A DNA stretch of 59,345 nucleotides, the filler included, from Sphacelaria rigidula (lineage: Eukaryota), in assembly GCA_964200075.2 (NCBI GenBank). It is 8 parts of 8 records of this genome, joined end to end, with 100 filler letters (N's around TTAATTAATTAA, not from the genome) between each part and the next. Parts side by side here need not be neighbours in the genome. Positions count along the whole stretch, not along the records: positions 44,586 to 51,915 come from CAXNAA020015413.1; positions 52,016 to 59,345 come from CAXNAA020015414.1; 6 more parts are not named here. One strand, given 5' to 3'. Of the stretch, positions 49,918-59,345 are shown one piece after another. The notes beneath the pieces are model-generated. The model was not told where the DNA came from. It made no database searches and saw only the letters and a list, made by a program, of their open reading frames with translations. Made by a program: the position numbers and the translations under genes. The number at the start of each line of letters is the position of its first letter. Position 1 is the stretch's first letter.

Positions 49918-50365
49918 ATACGGGATTTTACGAATTGGGGATGGTTTTTACCCTAAGAATGAGAACCCGGAGAATGAAAATCTTCGTATCCATACCAAAT
50001 CTTCAAAATATAGTTCCCCACTCTTTCATCTACTGGTAGGTACTGACAACTACTACGCGTCATAGAAAATTGACTACTGATAGCCGACATGTTGGGGTCC
50101 TATAACAGGCCGAGAAACATTTTTGGGGAATTCAGATGGTCCGATCAGATCGCCGAAACTCCCCAAAATTGGTTTTCACTCAGGTCCCCAACAAATTGGT
50201 TATCGAAATCCAAATTTTGTATGGCGTGTAGTAGTTGTCAAAAGCCACCAGCAAGTGAAGAAATGGAGCCATATTTCAAACATTTGGTGTGGATACGAAG
50301 ATTTGATTTCTCCGGGTTTTCCATTCTCAATAAAAAATCCGTCCCCCATTTGTAAAATCTCGTGT
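49918..50365. mobile_element. Fold-back element (~185-bp diverged arms); related single arm at ~35590-35715
   Basis: ACGGGATTTTAC...AATCTTCGTATCCATACCAAAT...TGACAACTACTACGC vs GCGTGTAGTAGTTGTCA...ATTTGGTGTGGATACGAAGATT...GTAAAATCTCGT. Confidence 0.75.
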
Positions 50366-50476
50366 CAAGGGGACAATTCTATTATAGAAGCAAATATCAA
50401 ACTATTCCCAAAATAAGCACAATTTCGCACTGTTTGGGTTTGCCCCGGATTTGTTTTTCTAAATTGGACATCTCCA

Positions 50477-50499
50477 TTAGGGTTAGGGTCAGGGTTAGG
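50477..50499 (+). repeat. Short interstitial telomere-like repeat (TTAGGG)~4
   Basis: TTAGGGTTAGGGTCAGGGTTAGG. Confidence 0.55.
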
Positions 50500-52177
50500 T
50501 TCACTATATCCTTTCAACAAGCCAACCAACTGCGGCATCTCCAGTGCCTCCGTGAGGAAGGTATGATCCGCACCCCGCTACCGACTTTACCCATTATAGC
50601 ACAGAGGAATTTTTTGTAAAACAAATCGCAACCCCATTCATGTCTAGACCCTGGATCATGCATGTTTCCTACAGTCTCGACCTGCGTGACGCACTATTCG
50701 GTCAACGCACCCGGGAAAACCGTTGAAACCTTTATTCTCGTGGGAACGATGTTCTTGGTCGTGTTCAACTTTTCGCTCCGCCGCGCGGAGTATGTCCATG
50801 AGTGCTCATGGTGTGTGTGTGTGAGTGTTTTTGTGTGTGTGTGTGTGTGTTGTCATCCCATACATGTGCAGATAGTGCATCGTGCCAATTACCGCGGTTT
50901 TCCGTGACAGGTGACAGGGAACGGTGGTTCAGATTTACTATCCAAATTCCAGTACGAGCTGGGCCAGCCTAAAAACGGATTTAATCTCTAAAAGCAATAT
51001 CTCATCGACACAGACGAGTTGGGCCGTGATCCGCACATCGTGTTTAATCGTCTAACCAAGGGGAAAGTGTCCATCTGCTCAAACGTTTGGGCCCATATTT
51101 TCTCATTGATTAAACCCCATGTCAAGTAACTCCTATACCTAAGGGAAATAGCGCCAACACTAGAATCTCTATGAAACTCCCGATCGATGCATTCAGCGGA
51201 TGGCGACGAATTTTGGTGTGGAGAACCACAAAAGAGTGCCGAATAAAAAACCAAAATGGGCCTTCCATATATATATTTTTTCATAGAGGTTAGGGCGTTC
51301 TCGTGAAATATGGTCTTTACCATAGTAGAACGCACTAAACCAGTGGGAAAAATTGAAAACAATCAACGGGACCCACTTTCTTTCGTTAATTATACCTTAG
51401 GGAGCGCCCACACAAGATTTCAATACACAAACACCAAACGTGGGCCGGTAAATGGCCTGCAAAATACTATTCCGAATTTCTTCTGACACTGTCACTGAAC
51501 GGCCCATTATACGGCCAATGCTTGCAGTTGGACCCTGAAATTTGGTATGAACAAGTTCTTTTTCTTTTCACCCGTTCATTTTTTGTTTTTGCTTTGTTTT
51601 GTTTCTCTTGTATTGCGTCTGTGTGAATTTTTCGTGGGTCCGATTTTATTTCCTGATTTTCCTTTCACTCTAACATGGGGTGGTAGCCTGTGACCACGGA
51701 AGACGTCCGGGTCAGACGCCCAGTACACACACGCGGCCATTCGGCTACCCCCTTGAAATCCTCTGTCGCAATTTTCATCCTCTCGAGGTTAAAGTGACCC
51801 TCGGGAGGATAAATATATCCTCTAGAGGGTATTTCATACTCGGTTCCGGTCTTGAAACGAATCCCCTGGAGGGCATCTGATGCTTCAGTGACTTCTGAGG
51901 TCTGAATCCCTCCAGNNNNNNNNNNNNNNNNNNNNNNNNNNNNNNNNNNNNNNNNNNNNTTAATTAATTAANNNNNNNNNNNNNNNNNNNNNNNNNNNNN
52001 NNNNNNNNNNNNNNNTTTTTTTTTTTTTTCCTCTGTCGTGCGGTCTTTACTTTTTCCTTCTTTTCGCGTTTTTTCTCCCCCTTCTTGTTCCCTTTTTTTT
52101 TTTTTTCGTGCCTTAGCTACTGTGGGCGCGTTCTGTTCTGGGGTTGTTGTTCCGTCGCCGGGTTTCCCCCGTCTGGT

Positions 52178-52455
52178 GGAGGTGATTTTTCCTGCTATGC
52201 GGGTTTTGATCCGCCTTTTGAGATCTTTTTTTTTTTCCTTTCATATCAGGACTTCATCGATCCGCGAGGGTCGCTGAAAGGGCTAAGGGAGGTGTCGCGG
52301 ATCATTCGACATCGCTCAGCTATTTAGGGGTGGTGATTTTTTCCTGCTATGCGGGTTTTGAGCCATCCGGAGTTTTTTTTGCTTTAGTTTTGTGTCGTGC
52401 GGGTACATCGATCCGTGAGGATCGCTCAAAGGGCTAGGGGAGTGTCACGGATCGA
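52178..52455 (+). repeat. Tandem duplication of a ~150-bp unit
   Basis: GGTGATTTTTCCTGCTATGCGGGTTTTGA...CATCGATCCG...AAAGGGCTA...GTGTC.CGGATC occurs twice. Confidence 0.75.
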
Positions 52456-53137
52456 TCCAGGAAACGTTCCAGGTCCCGACGCAGCATTACGTCTTCCGCC
52501 GTTTGCTAGGACTAGACATGTGTCATGTTCCAGTTTAAGCAACCAGTGGAGTACCCCCCGAGGACCACTCCGTCGTCGAGACTTCCTTCCGAGTCTAGAC
52601 CTAGCATCAGCAATAATCAATTCACGACATCACGACTCTGTAATCCTGGGACTTGTCTTATACTGCTTCTACCGCCTCATCACTGAGGATCCGCTGACCA
52701 CATCCCTACTGAGCTCTCGCGTCAATGATCTTATATCCAGAAGGCAATCGCATGCAGGTACCTCGTAACGGTTTGGGGTCATGGGCAAGGTATCTAGAGG
52801 CAGCCAGATGTACATCAAGACAGCTGCTGTTGAGAAGCCTTACTAATATTCTGGGTATGCGCCAGGCATTTTCTTACGATCTGTTTCATGGTGTCCAATC
52901 CGAGAATCGAACTCGGGTTTCCACACAACGGAAATAACGGTAGGGTTCTGAAATTGGAGTGCAATCCACTTTTCTCGATATAAACTTTGTATATATGCCG
53001 TTCTCTTACGATGACGTGAGGCGCATTCTACCCCATGAGCCTGACTAAGCCCTAGAGGTTGGTCTGTTCGTGTCTGTTCGTAATTTTGGTCGGTGACACT
53101 TTTTTTGCCAATTTTGGGGGGTCAGGCGCGCTCATAA

Positions 53138-53760
53138 CTGTTGCAGTGACGTAGGTCCCACCACAGGGTTGATGCTAATATCAAGGTCGTGTTTTGTAGG
53201 GTACGGTCTTCTGTATACCCAGGGTATTTTGCCGGGCACTTACCGTACCCGACAGTTCTGTAACTCTGTAAGATTTCCATACCGGTACCCGACAGTTCTG
53301 TAAACTCTGTAAGATCTTCATACCCGTATCCAATAGTTCTATGAGTTCTGTAAGCCTCCCGTACCGTTACCGGGGGGGGGTGGATATGCTCTTGATAAGA
53401 TACCCGGTTGCGGGTACGTTGTTCTGTGCAACCTCGATTCCCTACCCGATAGTTTCTGTGAGTTCTGTGAGCCTCCCATACTCTCACCCGCCAATTCTGT
53501 GAGTTATGTACAAGAACTTTACCCTAACCCGAGGGGCGGGTATATCCTAGAAGAGTTCCCCGATTGCCGGTACCGGTTTTCTGTTAGCCTCCTGTACCGC
53601 ACCCGGCAGGTTCTGTAATTTCTGTAAGAGTTTCATACCGGTACCCGATAGTTCCGTAGACTCTGTAAGAATTTCATACCGGTACCCGACAGTTCTGTAA
53701 GTTCTGTAAGGAATCTCATACCCTACAGAACGTACCCGAACCTTACAGAACACAACCTTG
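53138..53760 (-). mobile_element. Second member of the ACAGAACT-subrepeat hAT-like family
   Basis: Ends in TACAGAACACAACCTTG. The reverse complement aligns with 23468-23940, including ~45 nt beyond the inner TIR (CTGTGGTGGGACCTACGTCACT.CAACAG). Confidence 0.8.
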
Positions 53761-54750
53761 CAACCCTGCACGAGTAGAGTGCCGCGAGAATGTCGCAACG
53801 GGCCTGCACCCTCTGTTCCCAGCACGATGTGAAAGACAACACAACATACAATACGGACAGTTCGGTAGTTAGGCCATCGTACGATGCAGGTGACTGTCTG
53901 CATTGTACAGTGCGGAATTCTGCAGGGGTCCCGCAAACGGATCCCGTGCCCGTGCCGGGGCTCCAGGTGACTGGCACAAAGATGAAATAGCTGCTTTCAC
54001 CTGCGTGTATCACCACTTCTCGAAGACTTGCGCTCACTGCATTTACACGCCGCGTTCTCTCCATTAAGAACTACCTTGCGTCGCAGAGAGGCGCGCCAGG
54101 GTTCAGATGAGTCAAATCGACGCGAGCAGTGATGTGTAGGGTTTGACCCATCTGCAGGTGGTACATGCAAATTAGAGCGTGCAGGTCGCGACGCCTCCAG
54201 AATTAAATCCACGAGTAGCCCAGCTTCGATAATAGTATACACGAAGCAAGAGTCGAACACCACGGCACGCCACACCAAGTGAATCGATATTGCCTACCCC
54301 CTGCGCAAAATAATCAAAACAGCGACACAAACCATCCCGTCTCATCCATATCCCAACCGATCCAACCCTGTAAAATGTCGTATGATTCGCTCGAGTTCCC
54401 CCGAATAAGAATCTGGAAAATTCCTTTGTGAAGCTCCGACGTCGTTATACGCCGTAAATAGAGGCGGGGGAAATTTGACACCGTGGAATGTTTTGCTGTA
54501 CTCGTCGAGACGGGTCCAGCACACCTGCGCGTTTTCCCGGCGGCCTCAGTTTGTTTCTCGCTCAAACTCGCATTTTTTCTCGGAGACCGGTCGTTCTTTT
54601 CGGAGACTGGTCATTGTTCTCCGAGACCGGTCAGAGGTCTCAACTGACAGGCCACGGAAGAAACAAGACAAACCTCGTCACGAGTATTCCGCACGTGGAA
54701 ACTCACGAAGACTGCTGTTATCGAAATCTTGAATGTTTTTTAATTTTACA

Positions 54751-55883
54751 GTTTCCTGGTGAACGGGAGCCTCCCGTCGGGTGAGAACGCAGACAACCAC
54801 TGGGCATATCTGCAGGATCGCCTTTACATCGCGGACCGCAAGGAAGCTGCGAGAAAAAAGGAATTGATTGCAGCCAACGCGAAGCGGAAGGCAAACACAC
54901 TTGAGGTTGATGGCGACAAGCCTGTGCGGAAGGCCCCGTCAGGAGTTTCAGACAGTCCCGGGGAGCCCGATGTGGAGGTGGCGCAAGGGGTAGGGTCGTC
55001 CCCGACGTGGCCGGGTTCGATCGCCCAACAACCGGTATTTCAAGCGGCGGCGGCGCCAGCAGCAGAAGCAATTGCTGGGGGGCAAGGTTCCCTACTAAAG
55101 GCAGAGAAACAAAAGGACAGCATTGTAGCATCTCGTCAGGGTGCTGTTGATGATCTACAGCGCGACCGACGGACCTACGGAGAAAGGCCCAAAGACTGGC
55201 TGAGTCCACACAGCCTCGTGTTCGCCATGTTTGGGCGGTGCGCTGGCGCGTACGAGGACGAGGACCTCAGGATGGTGATGACAAGCGGTCCCAGCAGGAC
55301 GCCTGGGAAGGGGAGGGTAAAAGACCCCCGGGTTGGGAATGGAAGCGACTCTAATAGCAGGGGATGCGATGATGCCAAGTCGACGACTTTATCGTCGACC
55401 GATGATGGACCTACGCTGAGCACGCGCACCCTGATGACTTCGGGTGCGGTTGGCGTAGGGAGTTGTATGAGCTGTGCCTGTATAGAAGAAGGAAAGCATG
55501 CGCTGAGCTCGAGCGCGAAGAGGGCAAGGGAAGCGCAAGAGCTTCTTGACCTGAGGTGTCGCGCCTTGGAACACATGATGAAGCCGGTTCAGGTTCAAGA
55601 GTCAAAGACTTCTATCCGGCTCTGCAACAGCGTGGAGGTGCTGGTGAACGCTGTGTGCGAGGGGCAGCTTAGGGATCGCGAGAGGCAGCTGAGGGATCGC
55701 TGGCAGCAGCGATTCAACAGGAAAACAACGGAGCTTAGGCTCCTGGAGGAGTGGGGCGAGGGCCAGTCCGAAAGAGCTGAGAATGCCCGAAAGGGTATTC
55801 TTGAGCTCTTGGACAACGAGCCCGGCGAGACCCCCTTCCCCGCCCCCCCTGCTGACCCCCCCTACATCCGCCACCCTCAGTGA
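54751..55883 (+). CDS. Long open exon/ORF (374 aa) of unknown function, possibly a transposon accessory protein
   Basis: Acceptor-like TTTTACAG at ~54750, 1.1 kb without stops, charged coiled-coil-like C-terminal part. Probably continues by frameshift in a poly-C run into 55783-56202. Confidence 0.5.
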
Positions 55884-56254
55884 GTCCGCGACACCGCTGG
55901 ATGGGGAGACTGGTGCCATGGGCTTCTCCGACAACCCCGCCTACCAGCCCTTGCCCGGAATGGAGGCACCGGTGGACAGTGCTAGCCCAGTAGACACCTA
56001 TAGCAACGCCGGCGCACCCCTCGATCTTAGCGACGACACTGCGTACGGTGCTGCCGCAAATGCCTTCGAAGGAGAGAGGGTGGCCGGTGGAGATGCCGGG
56101 TGGAGCGGAGGAAGTGGGCGACTCCTGCCCGGGTTTAACGGCGTCGGCAACGGAGCAACCACGATACCAGAGAAAGGGTCCGCCGGAGATGTCGCAACAT
56201 GAATGATTCCGGCGCCATTTTTGAATGTCTGGAGTCTTCGGTTCATGCTTGTCT

Positions 56255-57680
56255 TTTACGCAGGAGGTGCTCGAAAATGATACACGTTTGCGTGTCCAGT
56301 AATCCCAGGTTGCAAGTATAATAAACATGTTTTTTTACACAGGAGGTGCCGGGAGTGGACACATGTCGGCGTGCTCAGTCGTCTCAATTTACATGTCTTT
56401 TCTACGCAGGAGGAGCTGGGAGCAGACAGATGTTTGCGTGCGCAATAGTTTTGATGCACATATTTTTTTATGCCAAAGGTGCTGCGAATGACCAGATGTT
56501 TGGGTGCTCAGTACTGATAGTCCTAGCTTACATACACAATTAAAAAAAAAGTAACAGGAGGTGCCGGGAACGGACAGAGATGTTTGCGTGCTCAGTAGTT
56601 GTGGTGTACATATTTTGATACGCAGGAGGTGCTAGGAGTGGACAGATATTTTCGTGCTCAGTACTTGTAGTTTACCGACATAATTGGATTAGTTTTTCAC
56701 GCAGGAGGTGCTGGGAACGGATAGATGTTTGCATGCTCAGGAGTTGTGATGTACATATTTTTTTATGCAGGAGGTGCTGGGAACGGATAGATGTTTGCAT
56801 GCTCAGTAGTCGTGATATACATACTGTTTTACGCGGGAGGTGCTGGGAGTGGACAAATGTTTGCGTGCTCGGTAATTTTAGTTCGCGTACTTCCTCTGTC
56901 CCTCGAGTGAAGTCCGTTATGATTACACGGACCCTTAACCGTGTGCAATGCCGCAGGCGATATATATATATATATATATATATCTTCAGTATTTTTTAGT
57001 CGAATCACGTCCTTTTTTATATGTTTGCGCAGCAGCCGGCGTACGCGAACGGCCGATAAACGATCAGTCGGCTCAAACATGGCCATATTTCGCCCCTTTT
57101 CCAAAACACAGAGAAGAACCCTGGGGACCCGAAAAACGACAAGAATCGCGAAAAAAAGGATAACTGTTTTTTTGTTCTCCGGTCCATCGCTGGCATACGA
57201 TAGCTACGCCTAGTACGAAACCACTCCTTTACATTCCAGCCTTCGATAACTTCAAAACAAGACAAATTCGCCGAACTTTGGCCGAAAATGTACAGATTGG
57301 ACGGAACTTGGTCGAAATTTGGCCATGTTCGACCCAACGATTCTAAGATTGTAGATCGATTGTTTCGTTTTTGTTTTCTTTCAGCGGCCATCTCCACAAC
57401 TACACAGTTTCGACGAACCTAACCATAACACCCTGAGCACCTCCCTTGGATAGGTACGCCTATCCTCCATAACGGACTTTACTTACGGGACAGAGGAAGA
57501 ACATGATAAAAATATCTTAACTTATGACATAGTCGCTCTCCGCTGTCGGGCATGAAGTAAGAACAAAATCCTCGACTCACACAGGAGATGCCGGGAACGG
57601 ATAGATGTTTGCGTGCTCAGTAGTTGTCATGTACATATTGTTTTTCCCGGGAGATGCTGAGGGTGGGTGCATGTCTGCAT
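56255..57680 (+). repeat. ~58-60-bp minisatellite (CGCAGGAGGTGCTGGGAACGGATAGATGTTTGCGTGCTCAGTAGTTG...), interrupted by a MITE
   Basis: About 10 units at 56255-56880; the array resumes at 57580-57680. Confidence 0.85.
56890..57499. mobile_element. Stowaway-like (Tc1/mariner-type) MITE, ~610 bp
   Basis: TA|CTTCCTCTGTCCCTCGAGTGAAGTCCGTTATG vs CATAACGGACTTTACTTACGGGACAGAGGAAG. The right flank is AA rather than TA. Plant Stowaway TIR consensus is CTCCCTCCGT. Confidence 0.7.
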
Positions 57681-59345
57681 GCCTACTGCTCATCTGGGGG
57701 AGGAGGATAATCGCGGCATGCAACACATACACATGGTATCTCGACGTGGCCACATGTATATCAGTAAAAACGAACGTGAGTATTGTATTTTTTTACCACC
57801 ACGCAACTAGAGGTGGGGCATCTTAAAAGAAGGAACCATTTGTTGCCGGTTATTGGAAACCCTAGTAGGCGTTTACTGGTTTCGGTTCTCATGTCTGGTT
57901 ATACCGGGGAAAGGGGACGTTATAACGGCGATTTGGCAGCGAAAGCGTGACATATGACACATCACACGTTACACGCCAGTCACCCTTCTCCTCGCGTGTG
58001 ACCTGACCCCAACCCTAATAGATACAGTCGACTCGTTTTCAGAGATCATGTCCTCAACGTGGCTGGTTCCGTCACAGATGAGCACCAGGGTGATGCGTTG
58101 CCATCCACATTTCACCGTCCATTGCCGTGGTGGCTTGACACCATGACAAACGTCGACAACCTCACGAAGCCACGCCGAAGCGAGCCGTGGTTCTTGTTTT
58201 ATTCGTCTATCAAGTATGTACTATTTTTACTATTTATTTCATTATCCTTCTCTTTTTGTTTATTTATTTTCAAATTATTTTATTTCTTCGTAGTGTGTTT
58301 TATTTCCGTCAGTTTACTCTGTTCTTTACTTCATGTCAAGCGGCCTTTTTTGGTGCACCCCTGGTGCGGTGTGTGTTCTAACTAGCTTTCGTACTCGGAG
58401 TTAACTCCTGAGTAGCTTTTGTAACAGCCGTCAGAAGGCGACACACCGAACACTGATGCAAAATCGTCGAACAGGGAAAATTCTGACCTGGCCGTCGGTG
58501 GTTTTTCAGCTGTGCAAGTGAGCACTTGCACCATTTCTTATCAAGCACTACAATTGATGTCACCAGCCACTGTGCCGTACGTTCGACAGATGCTGCATGT
58601 GTGTGCGTGAAGGTATGAGACGTAACCTTGCCGTCACCGTCAATGGGTGTGTTTGAGTGTTTCCATTACGCACCACACAAGAAACACGCCACAACCATGC
58701 CTTGTTCATCTGCGCTTCGATTATGTGAAGCCTTTTCCCCATATTCATCAGGGTAACCCGGTTAACCGGTTAAACCGGCTGAAAAAAACGGTTTACACCG
58801 GTTTTTATATCCTGAGAAAAATAACGCCTCCTATCCGGTAATCGGTCTTTTATTTGTGGTTGCCGGTGGCTACCACTGCACCCAACCCTTGCAGGCAGGT
58901 TGGAAATAAATATCATCGTGACATTCCGGACTGGACCGATAGAGTGCAAGCATCAACATGCTTCTTCCTTCATTCGTGCAGGGCACTGATGTCTCCTCAT
59001 CCTCAAAATTTACGACCAAGCGTCAAAACTTGAAAAACAAATCCTTGGGTTCGAGCATGCGTGGTTTAAACTTCTTGTACCAGGAAAAAAACTTCAACCA
59101 CTCCATGTCTACATCGCAGCGCCTCCGCTTTAGCCCATCGTGCATACCAGTGAAGTAAAAAAAACGCTTCGAGGGGCTTTTTACCGACAAGGCTGTGTAA
59201 GTGCCGGTCTGCCTTCAAAAAGCTATGCTACGAAAAGAATCAAAGGCGATAAGCTCAACACCTCCCTCACTCCCGAATACCGGGGACCGCCACTAGAAAA
59301 CGTTCCGGACCGACATACACGACAGGATGGAAATTGAACAATCCA

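Noticed and set aside
52443..52770. Possible solo LTR starting TGTCACGG
   Set aside because: The start overlaps a tandem-duplication unit; no clean CA end or TSD.
56255..56880. Regularly spaced repeats as a CRISPR array
   Set aside because: The whole unit is homologous between copies with no unique spacers, so it is a minisatellite.
57840..58860. AACCGG-rich stretches with TAGGG/CAGGG ends (hAT-like)
   Set aside because: The termini do not face each other and no TSD can be defined.

Overview
Eukaryotic, repeat-rich DNA of roughly balanced GC content. It has GT-AG introns, TTAGGG motifs and repeat families that suggest a brown alga (Phaeophyceae); that taxon is my inference. The window is not one locus. 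It is eight contigs of 7332, 7332, 7331 and 5x7330 bp joined by identical 100-bp N...TTAATTAATTAA...N linkers, which points to length-sorted unplaced contigs. Supported content: (i) a multi-exon minus-strand WD40-repeat gene (15236-22137, 5' incomplete) that the ORF track mostly misses; (ii) a Ty3/Gypsy LTR retrotransposon (LTR-gag-PR-RT-RH, 44586-48842) and an RT-deleted relative (13300-14764); (iii) a decayed LINE reverse transcriptase; (iv) a probable ISL2EU/Harbinger-type transposase remnant; (v) a tRNA-Pro-like Pol III head; (vi) many non-autonomous TIR elements, MITEs and fold-backs, several nested, plus mini- and microsatellites; (vii) an orphan 374-aa ORF. I found no convincing wholly new system. 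The best leads are the Gypsy element with no canonical PBS and a +1 gag/pol offset, the nested modular TIR elements, the Stowaway-like MITEs, the long hairpins and the orphan ORF.
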